A stretch of 42,084 bases of DNA from Bacteroidales bacterium (lineage in GTDB: Bacteria; Bacteroidota; Bacteroidia; Bacteroidales; CAIWKO01). Numbering within the stretch: the first letter of the stretch is position 1; each line of letters opens with the position of its first letter. Under the pieces are notes generated by a model. It was not told where the DNA came from, searched no databases, and saw only the letters and a program-made list of their open reading frames with translations. The stretch covers positions 1 through 42,084 of the forward strand of contig DAOORA010000035.1 in the NCBI GenBank assembly GCA_035389045.1, written 5' to 3'. Both the position numbers and the translations under genes were made by a program. This document shows, in pieces, positions 19,881 to 30,575 of this stretch.

Positions 19881-20167
19881 TTGTTAATGAATTAAATTCA
19901 TATTCCGGTACTGCAACGCCCGGCCATTGCCGGCACTTTACCCATTCCCCCCCACGCTGATTAACATCAATTATTTGTCATTCCTGATGCAGCAAAGCGA
20001 AATGAGGAATCTTTATTTCTGCCACCTCAAAAAAAGATTCAACCGTTTTCAGGGCTAAATCATTTTTTTAGGTGCTAATAATATTTAATGATGACAATAA
20101 AACCCCAGATCACGCATTCAATAGCTTCTAATACGAAACTCTATCGTTTTTTCTAATATTGTTAGTT

Positions 20168-20457
20168 AGGTGCAGAGCACCGTAATATTTGTTAAATAAT
20201 AATAAGTGCGAAAAACAAGGTACCGCGTACCGTAATATTAAACTTCTGGTTATGTCCAAATCCTTTAGGTAATAATAAATTCATCTGTTTTTACACCGTA
20301 ATAAGAAAATGTTATGATAGAGGGAATTTGACAAAAAAATATTGAAAACATATGATTTTTAATTATTATTTGAGTGGTGGATCTTATATTACGGTGCTCT
20401 GCACCTTACTTTTTTGAGGGGTGCCACTTCTTACAAATATTTCGGGGCGCTGCCCCT
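20168..20457. repeat. Inverted doublets of REP-like hairpins (REPIN-like), same family as 6219-7041
   Basis: AGGTGCAGAGCACCGTAATATTTGT (20168) and AGGTACCGCGTACCGTAATATT (20218), then inverted ATATTACGGTGCTCTGCACCT (20386) and TACAAATATTTCGGGGCGCTGCCCCT (20432). Confidence 0.8.
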
Positions 20458-20599
20458 GCTAAAGTCTTCTTTCAAAATCATGTTTAAAAGAAAACATGTT
20501 ATTCTCCGATAACTTTGAGTCGTCATTTTTTCTACCAGCACCTCAAAAAAAGAAATTACCGTTTTCAGTTTATTATTTACTCTATTCCTGTAAAATGAT

Positions 20600-20607
20600 T
20601 AATTTTG
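20600..20607 (+). promoter_or_regulatory. -7 promoter element TAATTTTG for ahcY
   Basis: TAnnTTTG 19 nt before the ATG. Confidence 0.6.
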
Positions 20608-20626
20608 CACCCTCAAAATTTAAAAC

Positions 20627-22051
20627 ATGGAAACGATGACAAGTACTCAAATCCCTTTTAAAGTGGCGGATATCAAATTAGCCGGCTGGGGAAGAAAAGA
20701 AATGGAAATAGCGGAAAAAGAAATGCCCGGGTTGATGGCATTACGCGAAAAGTACGGCCAGACGAAACCTCTGCTGGGCGCCCGTATCTCCGGCTCACTG
20801 CACATGACCATACAGACTGCCGTGCTGATTGAAACCCTTGTAAAACTTGGCGCCGATGTGCGCTGGGCCAGTTGCAATATTTTTTCCACACAGGATCATG
20901 CCGCGGCGGCTATTGCCGAAGCAGGAGTGCCTGTTTTTGCATGGAAGGGCGAAACCCTCGAAGAATATTGGTGGTGCACCCTGCAGGCCTTGTCTTTTCC
21001 CGGAGGAAAAGGGCCACAAATGATCGTTGATGACGGCGGCGATGCTACCTTGCTGATCCATAAGGGTTTCCAGGCAGAAAACGATCCTAAAGTGTTGGAC
21101 AAAAAACCGGAAAGCCAGGAAGATGCGGTTATTCTGAATCTGCTGAAAAAAGTAATGACCGATGAGCCGGGAAAATGGCATAATGTGGTAAAGGAATGGA
21201 AAGGTGTTTCGGAAGAAACCACCACGGGCGTTCATCGTCTGTATCAGATGATGGAAAAAGGCGAGTTGCTGGTGCCGGCCATTAATGTGAACGATTCGGT
21301 CACCAAGTCGAAGTTTGATAATCTGTATGGTTGCCGCGAATCGCTGGCTGATGGCATAAAACGTGCCACCGACGTGATGATCGCCGGAAAAGTGGTTGTG
21401 GTACTCGGCTACGGCGATGTGGGCAAGGGCTGTTCCAAGTCGATGAAGTCATATGGCGCCAGGGTAATCGTTACCGAAATTGACCCGATATGTGCTTTGC
21501 AGGCCGCCATGGAAGGTTTTGAAGTGGCACGAATCGAAGATACCCTGAACGAAGGCAATATCTTTGTCACCACCACAGGAAACCGTGACGTGATCACCAT
21601 CGGACACATGGAAAAAATGAACGATCAGGCTATCGTATGCAACATCGGGCATTTTGATAATGAGATACAGGTGGAAAAACTTGATAACTATCCCGGGATC
21701 AAAAAAATAAATGTAAAACCTCAGGTCGACCAGTATGTATTCCCCGATGGCAAATCTATATTCCTTTTAGCCGAAGGCCGCCTGGTAAATCTTGGCTGTG
21801 CTACAGGACATCCTTCGTTTGTGATGAGCAATTCCTTTACCAACCAGACACTGGCACAGATGGACCTATGGAAAAACAAGGACATTTATAAAATTGGTGT
21901 GTATCGCCTCCCCAAATATTTAGATGAAGAAGTGGCACGCCTCCATCTCGAAAAGATCGGTGTAAAACTGACCAAACTCACCAAAGAACAGGCCGATTAT
22001 ATCGGCGTTCCGTTGGAAGGGCCTTATAAGGCGGATCATTACAGGTACTAA
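20627..22051 (+). CDS. ahcY: Adenosylhomocysteinase
   Basis: [41 protein letters not shown], ends HYRY. Confidence 0.98.
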   Translation: METMTSTQIPFKVADIKLAGWGRKEMEIAEKEMPGLMALREKYGQTKPLLGARISGSLHMTIQTAVLIETLVKLGADVRWASCNIFSTQDHAAAAIAEAGVPVFAWKGETLEEYWWCTLQALSFPGGKGPQMIVDDGGDATLLIHKGFQAENDPKVLDKKPESQEDAVILNLLKKVMTDEPGKWHNVVKEWKGVSEETTTGVHRLYQMMEKGELLVPAINVNDSVTKSKFDNLYGCRESLADGIKRATDVMIAGKVVVVLGYGDVGKGCSKSMKSYGARVIVTEIDPICALQAAMEGFEVARIEDTLNEGNIFVTTTGNRDVITIGHMEKMNDQAIVCNIGHFDNEIQVEKLDNYPGIKKINVKPQVDQYVFPDGKSIFLLAEGRLVNLGCATGHPSFVMSNSFTNQTLAQMDLWKNKDIYKIGVYRLPKYLDEEVARLHLEKIGVKLTKLTKEQADYIGVPLEGPYKADHYRY

Positions 22052-22135
22052 CAGTAGCAGGTTTCTGTTAACGTTAAGCAATGGGCAGTTTCCCATGATG
22101 AGTTAACAGATAGAATAATTTTTAATGGTGTTTAT

Positions 22136-22168
22136 AAGCCGGTTGTTGAAATAATGGCCGGCTTTTTT
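22136..22168 (+). terminator. Rho-independent terminator
   Basis: AAGCCGGTTGTT...AATGGCCGGCTTTTTT. Confidence 0.75.
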
Positions 22169-22269
22169 ATTAAGAATAAAAGTTGGTTTATAACTTTTTT
22201 AATTATGTTTTCTTTATTAAATAAAACATTATATTTTTGTTGTTATTCATATTATGGAAAATTGATGCA

Positions 22270-25200
22270 ATGACGCCAAAGAAATCAGCCAACGAACGCA
22301 CTTTCCAGGGTGAATTATTCAAAATAATTGAACGTATAATAACCCGGGAAAAGGATATACATTTTGAAAAAATAACCCAGGAGGAAAACATTGGCATCGG
22401 GGGCAAGCAGCGTTTTGCCGACGGATTGCTCTATTCAAGCGCTTTTAAAAACCGGCGGGTGCTTTTTGAACTGAAAAACACAAGTTGGGATGCAACGGAT
22501 GAGGATTTGGTTGATGCTGCAATGCATAAAGCTGGTGACGCAGGCATAGAATATTATGTATGCGGAACACCCCGACAGTTGGTTATTTTTAAAACTTTTG
22601 AGCCCAACACTACTATTTACGAACGAAAGAAGAAAATATACACCATATCGAATGTTAAAAAAGATGATGAAGTGCTTCTGTCTTCTTATGAAAAGATTAT
22701 TTTTCCCGAACTAAAAAAATTTCTGAAAGATTTAAGTGACCTGGTCAACGATTTTAAAGAAATTACATGGGATACCATTGATAAATTTTTTATTAATAAA
22801 CTATCAGCCTACATCCTTGAAGCTTCGGCCGGTATGTTTGAGGCCATGTACGAAAAAATCAGCAGTGACAAAAAACTGAAAGCGGAATTACGGGAATATC
22901 TGCGTAGTCAGGATATTTTCAATGTAAGCCTTAACTTCGATCTGACAGATATGTATAAAATCTGTCAACTGTCCAATTACCTGTTGTACCTGAAAATTAT
23001 GTTTTATTCATACCTGCAGAAGGAGGTGCCCGCTTTAAATCTCAGGCCACTTCATATTCCAGAAGATAAAAAACTGCTCAACCACACACTTCGCACACGC
23101 TTTGATGATGTGCTTCATCATGACTTTGAGCTGATTTTTTCTGAAAATGTTTTGGATAAATTTGAATTTGAACCTGCTTATATACCGGTTCTGAAAAACA
23201 ATATTGAGGCTATACGGCGTCTTAATTTTAACGACCTCACTGCCGATATTATCGGAGCTATTTATAATACTCTTATTGACAACCAGGAGCAGCACGACCG
23301 CGGGCAGCATTTTACCAATACCTATGAAGTAGATATTGTAAGCGCTTTTTGTATCAATGAGCAATCAAAATTCATTTTTGATTCGGGATGCGGCGCGGGC
23401 ACATTTCTCGTCAGAGCCTATTATTTTTTAAAACATTTTCACCCGGAACTAACACACGAAGAATTGCTCGAAAGGCTGTGGGGAGTTGAGATAGCGCCTT
23501 TTCCGGTGTTTCTTTCCACCATGAACTTGTCGTTGCTTAATATCAAAGTATTTGATAATTATCCAACCATTATACATGAGGACTTCTCTAATGTTACTAC
23601 AAATTTCTCAAAACATGGCTATTTTTTGAACGAAAGCAAAGCGTTCAAAGTGAAAAATATTAATGGTAAAATCTGTGATGTTACCATCCCTGTTTTTGAC
23701 GCGTGTGTGGGTAATCCGCCTTACATACGACAGGAATTAATTGAAGAGAAAGAAACCTGGACACATCTTGCTGAAATTGAGCACGGAATAAAAAAAATAA
23801 ATCAGCAGAGCGATTTATATGTGTATTATCTGATGCACACGATGTCGTTTCTGAAAAACGGCGGACGTCTGGGCTATGTTATTTCAAGTTCCTGGCTCGA
23901 TGTGGCTTTTGGTGCAGGATTTCAGAAATTTTTATTAGACCATTTCAAAATCATTGCGATTATTGATAACCAGAAAAAAAGAAGCTTTGAAACAGCATCA
24001 ATAAATACGGTGATTTTAATTCTTGAAAAATGTGATGATGCTGATGAACGCCAAAACAATGATGTCCGTTTTGTAAGAGTGTTTAACGATTACGAACAGC
24101 TGTTAGGTGCTGATACCAATGGCCAACGCGTTGTAAACGCTATAAAATTTGCTGAACTTATCGGGCGGGCAAATAAATCGGCCGGCGCTAATAATTATCA
24201 CATAAGAGTAATCAAACAAAAAACACTCGAAAAAGATACCACGCATTCAGGCAAATACGAAAACGGTCATTGGGGTGCCAAATACCTGCGTTCACCTGAA
24301 ATTTTTGAAAAAATTCTTACGGTGGCTGATCATAAGCTGATTAAGCTCAGGGATGTTGCTGATGTAAGATATGGGTTGAAAACAGGCGCCAACGAATTTT
24401 TTTACCTGTTGGACTATACCGATGCCGTACATCGTATGCCGGACAATGAATATCTCTACACATTCGGCGTTGAACGCAAAGACCATAAAGACTTCTGGAA
24501 AAAATACGGTTGGTACCGCAGCGAGTTGAGGAATCATAATTATATTATCGAGAAGTTTTATGTAAAGCCCTTGTTTAAAACACAGTCGGAGGCTGAAAAT
24601 CTTGATGTGAACGTGACGACGCTGAAATATGGTGTGTTGATGTGCAATGAAAACAAAGACAAACTTGCCCGTTTACGCAGCAAACTACTCGAATATATTG
24701 AAGAAGCCGAAAGCAAGCAATTTGAATTGAACAAACGCCCCAGTTGTTCGGGGCGAAAAGAATGGTACGACCTTACAAATTCGGCAGTAACAGGCGATTT
24801 TATTTTTCCGTCGAAAATCGGCGAACGTTTTCGCCTGATTGATAACCGTGTAACAAAAGTTTATTGTGACAAAGTAAATTATGCGATTAAAGTTAAAGAA
24901 GAATTTGAAGAATATACCGATAGTATCTTTTTGATTTTAAACAGTATTTCATTTCGTTTTTTTGTTGATTTGTTTTCCCGTCAACTTACTGGTAGCCAGA
25001 CCTTGAGCGATGTAGATGTGAATGTTGTTGAAAAAACACTGATAATAAACCCTGTTTTGTTGAAAAATAAAAAGAAAGAACTAACAGCAATATATAAATC
25101 ATTAAAAAGCAGGGAGCAGGGAACTATTTTTGAGGAAGTAAAACAGACCGACCGCAAAAAGCTGGATACCATTATTTTTGAAGCAATGGGGTTAAATGCA

Positions 25201-25728
25201 TCTGATGTGGATATTCTTTATAGCGAAGCCTGCAAATATGTTTCCGACAGGAAGGAAAAGTCCGAATCACTGAATACTTCCAAAGTTAAAAAAAAGCTCA
25301 CCTACGACGAAGCGTTGCAACTGGTAAAAGAACGTTTCAGCGAAGTCAGAAAATATAAAGATATTACTAAGAATATGGATTGCCATAAGTTTCTGGTACC
25401 TGAATGGAAAGCAAAATATCCCAAAGACAGTTTCGGTTCGATGAACTTGTTTGAATCATACATTGTCTATTTCACAGAAGGTAATAAGCAGAAAAAACTA
25501 AGCTTTAACCATCCTGAACAGCAGACATTGTTTGAATTTTTAAATGTTACGCTTGACATAAAAGGAATTAAAATTGAATTACCCGTCAATGAATCAGACT
25601 GTATTGAAATTTTGAATATATTAAGAAAAGATTTTAATAAATATAGCCCGCAAATCAGGAATTTTTTAAAAATAAACAGGTGTAAAGCTAATTATGTGAG
25701 TATTTACAGAGATTTGCTTTTATCCTGA
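22270..25728 (+). CDS. Type IIG-like fused restriction endonuclease / N6-adenine methyltransferase
   Basis: N-terminal PD-(D/E)xK-like RFADG...FELK; GQHFT, FDSGCGAGTF (motif I) before GNPPY (motif IV), gamma-class order; YGLKTGANEFF starts the TRD. ATG 22270 is preferred because the -7 element TATTTTTG (22232-22239) overlaps the TTG at 22237. Confidence 0.85.
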   Translation: MTPKKSANERTFQGELFKIIERIITREKDIHFEKITQEENIGIGGKQRFADGLLYSSAFKNRRVLFELKNTSWDATDEDLVDAAMHKAGDAGIEYYVCGTPRQLVIFKTFEPNTTIYERKKKIYTISNVKKDDEVLLSSYEKIIFPELKKFLKDLSDLVNDFKEITWDTIDKFFINKLSAYILEASAGMFEAMYEKISSDKKLKAELREYLRSQDIFNVSLNFDLTDMYKICQLSNYLLYLKIMFYSYLQKEVPALNLRPLHIPEDKKLLNHTLRTRFDDVLHHDFELIFSENVLDKFEFEPAYIPVLKNNIEAIRRLNFNDLTADIIGAIYNTLIDNQEQHDRGQHFTNTYEVDIVSAFCINEQSKFIFDSGCGAGTFLVRAYYFLKHFHPELTHEELLERLWGVEIAPFPVFLSTMNLSLLNIKVFDNYPTIIHEDFSNVTTNFSKHGYFLNESKAFKVKNINGKICDVTIPVFDACVGNPPYIRQELIEEKETWTHLAEIEHGIKKINQQSDLYVYYLMHTMSFLKNGGRLGYVISSSWLDVAFGAGFQKFLLDHFKIIAIIDNQKKRSFETASINTVILILEKCDDADERQNNDVRFVRVFNDYEQLLGADTNGQRVVNAIKFAELIGRANKSAGANNYHIRVIKQKTLEKDTTHSGKYENGHWGAKYLRSPEIFEKILTVADHKLIKLRDVADVRYGLKTGANEFFYLLDYTDAVHRMPDNEYLYTFGVERKDHKDFWKKYGWYRSELRNHNYIIEKFYVKPLFKTQSEAENLDVNVTTLKYGVLMCNENKDKLARLRSKLLEYIEEAESKQFELNKRPSCSGRKEWYDLTNSAVTGDFIFPSKIGERFRLIDNRVTKVYCDKVNYAIKVKEEFEEYTDSIFLILNSISFRFFVDLFSRQLTGSQTLSDVDVNVVEKTLIINPVLLKNKKKELTAIYKSLKSREQGTIFEEVKQTDRKKLDTIIFEAMGLNASDVDILYSEACKYVSDRKEKSESLNTSKVKKKLTYDEALQLVKERFSEVRKYKDITKNMDCHKFLVPEWKAKYPKDSFGSMNLFESYIVYFTEGNKQKKLSFNHPEQQTLFEFLNVTLDIKGIKIELPVNESDCIEILNILRKDFNKYSPQIRNFLKINRCKANYVSIYRDLLLS

Positions 25729-25806
25729 TAGCTCAAAATTTCAAAGAATAATATATAAAGATTAAATATTCCCGGAAAAGATTATCAATTTGGTATTTAT
25801 AAAAAT

Positions 25807-27564
25807 ATGCCTGAAAAACTGTATCAGATAGTAAAGTATGTTTATGGTGTTGCCTGTGTGTCTTTTATTTTTTCCTGTGCCAATATTGTAGCGCCTTCCG
25901 GAGGGCCAAAAGACAGGACACCTCCGAAAGTTACCAAATGCGAACCGGCCAACCGTTCCGCCGGTTTTTCAGGCGATAAAATACGCATCACCTTTAACGA
26001 ATATGTTTTTCTTGATGACCAGGCAGGTCAGATCGTCGTTTCACCGCCGGCGGATAAGCCGTTGGAATATAATATCAGTCGCAAATCAATAATTATTAGC
26101 CTGCCGGAAAACCTGAAAGATTCTGTTACATACTCTGTTAACTTTGGCGAATCCATCAAAGATATCACTGAAAATAACCCCCTGAGCGCTTATGAATTTG
26201 CCTTTTCCAAAAGCGGTGTTGTGGATTCTTTCAGCATACAGGGACAGGTTTATGACGCCCTCACCCGCGACCCGCAGAAAGGGATACTCGTGATGCTGTA
26301 TACATCTGATGATGATTCTGTTCCGGTAAAAAGCAAACCGTCTTACATAACAAAGACTAATGCTGAAGGCAAATTTTTTCTGAAAAACATCAAAAGGAAA
26401 AAATACAAAATATTTGCACTTCGGGATATGAATGCGGATATGCTGTTCAACCAGCCTTCCGAGTTTATCGCTTTTGCCGACAGCATGATCACGCCACAGT
26501 ATGTCGCTGAAAAGACCGGCACGGGTCCGGCGCTTATGGATACATCTGCCGTGGCACGGGATACACTGATAAAACCCGAAGCAATCCGCAGCACGACACT
26601 TTATGTGTTTCTGCAACCCGACACCAACCAGAAGTTGTTAAAAGCCCGCGCCGACACCTATCGTCAGTTCCGGCTCTATTTTAAGTATCCTGCAAGAGAT
26701 CTGATGTTTAAGGTGACCAACAGGCAACTGCCGGAAAACTGGAAAACCGATGACTTTAGCTATACCAGGGATACGCTTACCTGCTGGTTGTCCGACCCGG
26801 ATATGGATACTCTGAAGTTTATATTGTCTGATAACGGAACTATTTTGGATACGGTTGAAATGGCCCTGAAACAAAAACCTGATGAGCAAAAAATGATCAA
26901 AAAACCCACAGGTAAAGGTGTTGAAGGTGATCCTGAAATAAATAAACTCTTACTTCGGTCTAATGCTTCGGCCTCCACGCTGTTGCCCTATTTTTTACCC
27001 GTCCGGTTGATACTGTCGCGTCCGGTTGCAATAACGGAGCCGTCAAAAATATCACTCTATCAAATAATTGATAGTACGTTGCATGAACTGAGACCCCAAA
27101 GTTTTTTTTCTGATACGGGCGTAAAAAAAGTTTATAATTTAGAATACCAATGGGAACCGGCAAAAACATATAAACTTGTGGTACTGCCCGGTGCATTTAC
27201 AGATATTTACGGAATTGTCAACGACAGCCTCTTGGTGAAATTTTCCGTGAACAGCCCTGAAACATACGGGCGCTTATTATTTACTTTTAAAGCCGGTGAA
27301 AGCAATAAATCATATATAATCCAGCTCTTAAAAGAAGATAAATCTTTGGTGGAGCAGAAAAAGTCAATACCCGGCCAGCAAATTATATTTGAAAATTTGT
27401 CACCAGCCAGCTACCGGATCCGTATTGTACAAGATGAAAATAATAATGGTAAATGGGACGAAGGAGACTATTTTCAAAAAAGGCAGCCGGAACCGGTATT
27501 TTATTTCCCCGAACTGATAAACATCAGGGCGAACTGGGACACAGAGTATGAATTTGTGCTCTGA
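25807..27564 (+). CDS. Ig-like (Big_5) domain lipoprotein of the conserved Bacteroidota type
   Basis: Lipobox IFSC followed by A..PSGGPKDRTPP, ITFNEY, DENNNGKWDEG...QPE, IRANWD. Confidence 0.8.
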   Translation: MPEKLYQIVKYVYGVACVSFIFSCANIVAPSGGPKDRTPPKVTKCEPANRSAGFSGDKIRITFNEYVFLDDQAGQIVVSPPADKPLEYNISRKSIIISLPENLKDSVTYSVNFGESIKDITENNPLSAYEFAFSKSGVVDSFSIQGQVYDALTRDPQKGILVMLYTSDDDSVPVKSKPSYITKTNAEGKFFLKNIKRKKYKIFALRDMNADMLFNQPSEFIAFADSMITPQYVAEKTGTGPALMDTSAVARDTLIKPEAIRSTTLYVFLQPDTNQKLLKARADTYRQFRLYFKYPARDLMFKVTNRQLPENWKTDDFSYTRDTLTCWLSDPDMDTLKFILSDNGTILDTVEMALKQKPDEQKMIKKPTGKGVEGDPEINKLLLRSNASASTLLPYFLPVRLILSRPVAITEPSKISLYQIIDSTLHELRPQSFFSDTGVKKVYNLEYQWEPAKTYKLVVLPGAFTDIYGIVNDSLLVKFSVNSPETYGRLLFTFKAGESNKSYIIQLLKEDKSLVEQKKSIPGQQIIFENLSPASYRIRIVQDENNNGKWDEGDYFQKRQPEPVFYFPELINIRANWDTEYEFVL

Positions 27565-27645
27565 TTCAGTACATTTGTTTGGTAATTTTTGTCTTTTGCC
27601 AGAATAATTTATTCACTTTTATTAACAATATTTCAAAATGAGGTA

Positions 27646-27653
27646 TAAATTTG
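27646..27653 (+). promoter_or_regulatory. -7 promoter element TAAATTTG of the mce-mmd operon
   Basis: TAnnTTTG 16 nt before the mce ATG. Confidence 0.6.
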
Positions 27654-27669
27654 CAAAAAAATTTACGTC

Positions 27670-28083
27670 ATGAATATTTCACATATCGAGCACATAGGAA
27701 TAGCTGTTAAAAACCTTGAAGAAAGTATAAAATACTATGAAAACGTATTGGGTTTCAAGTGTTATGCTGTGGAAGAGGTTGCTGAACAGAAAGTCAAAAC
27801 GGCATTTTTTATGGTGGGCCAGACGAAAATCGAATTGCTTGAATCAACGGATCCGGAGGGACCTATTGGTAAATTTATAGAGAAAAAAGGCGAAGGTATA
27901 CACCACATAGCGTTTGCAGCCCGCGACCTCGAATCATCATTGGCCGAACTGGAATCCAAAGGGGTACAATTGATTGACAAAACACCCCGCAAAGGCGCCG
28001 AAGGCCTGCATATCGCTTTCCTTCACCCCAAATCAACCATCGGTGTGCTGACAGAATTATGCGAAGACAAAAACAAAAAGTAA
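27670..28083 (+). CDS. mce: Methylmalonyl-CoA epimerase
   Basis: VOC fold [28 protein letters not shown]; operon context. Confidence 0.95.
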   Translation: MNISHIEHIGIAVKNLEESIKYYENVLGFKCYAVEEVAEQKVKTAFFMVGQTKIELLESTDPEGPIGKFIEKKGEGIHHIAFAARDLESSLAELESKGVQLIDKTPRKGAEGLHIAFLHPKSTIGVLTELCEDKNKK

Positions 28084-28151
28084 TTGACCTTAAACCATAC
28101 TGTTATTTGTAATAAGATAAAAATAATATAACCTAAACATAGATATAAATC

Positions 28152-29711
28152 ATGGCCATACAGGATAAAATTAAAGAACTGCTCGATAAAAGAGAGAAGG
28201 CAAAACTCGGCGGGGGACAGAAACGTATTGATTCGCAGCATACTAAGGGTAAATTCACTGCCCGGGAACGTATCAACATGCTGTTGGACGAAGGCAGTTT
28301 TGAAGAATTTGACATGTTCGTAACGCACCGTTGTACAAATTTTGGTCTGGAAAAGGAAACCTATATGTCCGATGGGGTTGTTACCGGTTATGGCACCATC
28401 GACGGACGCCTGGTATATGTTTTTTCACAGGATTTCACTGTATTTGGCGGTTCGCTTTCTGAAACCTTTGCCCAGAAAATCTGTAAAGTAATGGATATGG
28501 CCATGAAAGTAGGCGCCCCGGTGATCGGCATAAACGACAGTGGCGGAGCACGCATACAGGAAGGCGTTACCAGCCTTGCGGGTTATGCCGAGATTTTCCA
28601 GCGTAATATTATGGCGTCAGGGGTAATCCCCCAGATTTCTGCCATCTTTGGCCCCTGTGCCGGAGGTGCTGTCTATTCACCTGCGCTGACCGACTTTATC
28701 ATGATGACCAAAAAGAACAGCTATATGTTCGTCACCGGTCCGAAAGTGGTGAAAACAGTTACCGGCGAAGTGGTCACGGTGGATGAACTTGGCGGTGCCA
28801 TGGTCCATGGGACAAAATCCGGAGTAAACCATTTTGTGGCCGAAGATGAGGAAGAAGGTATACTGCTCATACGGAAACTGTTAAGCTACCTGCCCCAGAA
28901 TAATCTGGAAGATCCTCCTTTAGCGCCTTGTAATGACCCTATCGACCGCCTCGATGATTTTCTTAATGAAATCGTGCCTGATAATCCCAATAAGCCCTAT
29001 GATGTGAAAGACGTTATTCATGCTATCGTGGATGATAATGAGTTTTTTGAGGTCATGCGGCATTTTGCCCCGAACATTGTTATCGGTTACGCGAGGTTCA
29101 ACGGGATGCCGGTAGGCATTGTAGCCAATCAGCCTAATTATCTGGCCGGTGTGCTTGATATCAATGCTTCGCGTAAGGCAGCCCGTTTTGTCAGGTTCTG
29201 CGATGCCTTTAATATTCCTTTGGTAACTTTGGTTGATGTGCCGGGATTCTTGCCGGGAACCACACAGGAATATGGCGGTATTATTATTCATGGTGCGAAA
29301 CTTCTCTATGCTTATGGCGAAGCTACGGTGCCGAAAGTCACTGTGACTTTGCGTAAATCATATGGAGGCGCTCACGATGTTATGAGCTCAAAACAACTCA
29401 GAGGGGACATCAATTATGCCTGGCCATCATCAGAAATTGCTGTCATGGGACCTAAAGGAGCTATAGAAGTATTGTACCAGAAAGAACTCAAAGAAATAAC
29501 CAATGAAGCAGAACTGGCAAAATTCCTTACTGAAAAGGAAAACGAATACAAGGATAAATTTGCCAATCCTTACCAGGCAGCGAAATATGGATACATTGAC
29601 GATGTGATCGAGCCAAGAAATACCCGGTTCAGGGTTATCAGGGCATTACAGTCGCTGGCAACAAAAAAAGATCAGAATCCACCAAAAAAACATTCAAATC
29701 TACCTTTATAA
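28152..29711 (+). CDS. mmdA: Methylmalonyl-CoA decarboxylase alpha subunit (carboxyltransferase)
   Basis: [37 protein letters not shown]. Confidence 0.92.
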   Translation: MAIQDKIKELLDKREKAKLGGGQKRIDSQHTKGKFTARERINMLLDEGSFEEFDMFVTHRCTNFGLEKETYMSDGVVTGYGTIDGRLVYVFSQDFTVFGGSLSETFAQKICKVMDMAMKVGAPVIGINDSGGARIQEGVTSLAGYAEIFQRNIMASGVIPQISAIFGPCAGGAVYSPALTDFIMMTKKNSYMFVTGPKVVKTVTGEVVTVDELGGAMVHGTKSGVNHFVAEDEEEGILLIRKLLSYLPQNNLEDPPLAPCNDPIDRLDDFLNEIVPDNPNKPYDVKDVIHAIVDDNEFFEVMRHFAPNIVIGYARFNGMPVGIVANQPNYLAGVLDINASRKAARFVRFCDAFNIPLVTLVDVPGFLPGTTQEYGGIIIHGAKLLYAYGEATVPKVTVTLRKSYGGAHDVMSSKQLRGDINYAWPSSEIAVMGPKGAIEVLYQKELKEITNEAELAKFLTEKENEYKDKFANPYQAAKYGYIDDVIEPRNTRFRVIRALQSLATKKDQNPPKKHSNLPL

Positions 29712-29721
29712 TTATTAATTT

Positions 29722-30117
29722 ATGCTTACACTTCTCATTTTGCTTCAGGCCCAGGAGCACGAAGGCGCAAAAAAAATTGTGGAGCTTGATCCTATCGGCA
29801 TTGGCATGACCGTTATTGCCATGAGTGTTGTATTTCTTTCGTTGCTGGTGTTTTACATTGTTTTTAAAAATATTGCAAAAGTCTACACCCTGGATTTAAA
29901 GAAGCGGTTTAAAAGAAAAAAAGGAGTTGATCACCAGGAGGTTACTCTTGCCGAAGACCCGACTTCTGAGCTGGGTGCCGCTGTGGCACTTGCTTTATAT
30001 TATTATCAAAATGAACTTCATGATTATGAGAATACCATGTTGACTATCAAAAAAGTAACAAGGACTTATTCTCCCTGGAGTTCAAAAATTTATGGTTTAA
30101 GAAAATCCCCAAAATAA
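29722..30117 (+). CDS. mmdD: OadG-family decarboxylase subunit (delta)
   Basis: Single TM with AMSVVF, AAVALAL, ELHDYE, SPWSSKIY. Confidence 0.82.
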   Translation: MLTLLILLQAQEHEGAKKIVELDPIGIGMTVIAMSVVFLSLLVFYIVFKNIAKVYTLDLKKRFKRKKGVDHQEVTLAEDPTSELGAAVALALYYYQNELHDYENTMLTIKKVTRTYSPWSSKIYGLRKSPK

Positions 30118-30127
30118 GCATAGTGAT

Positions 30128-30571
30128 ATGAAAAAATACAAATTTTCAATACATGGAAATAAATATGAAGTTGAAATACAGAACATTGAAGACAATATTG
30201 CAACTGTTGAGGTAAACGGCACGGTTTACGAAGTGGAGGTGGATAAAACGCTTCAACCGGTAAAAACACCCAGGCTACTTCGCTCAGTGGCAGTTCCTTC
30301 AACAGATTCCGCGAAGGCAACAGTAAAAACCAGCAGTCCTTCAGAGCTCAAGGGAAGCGGATCGATAAAGGCTCCTCTGCCGGGTGTTATTCTTGATATA
30401 CACGTTAAACAAGGGGATGTCGTGAAAATAGGTCAAAAACTATTGACACTGGAGGCCATGAAAATGGAAAACAAGATCGATGCCGACAAGGAAGGCCGGA
30501 TAAAAGAAATCAAAGTCGGAAAGGGTGATTCAGTTATGGAAGGAGACATATTAATTGTTATAGGAGATTAA
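30128..30571 (+). CDS. mmdC: Biotin carboxyl carrier subunit
   Basis: APLPG and the LEAMKMEN biotinylation motif. Confidence 0.92.
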   Translation: MKKYKFSIHGNKYEVEIQNIEDNIATVEVNGTVYEVEVDKTLQPVKTPRLLRSVAVPSTDSAKATVKTSSPSELKGSGSIKAPLPGVILDIHVKQGDVVKIGQKLLTLEAMKMENKIDADKEGRIKEIKVGKGDSVMEGDILIVIGD

Positions 30572-30575
30572 GATT

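Noticed and set aside
20460..20626. SAH/SAM riboswitch upstream of ahcY
   Set aside because: The promoter element lies only 19 nt before the ATG and no recognisable riboswitch core is present.
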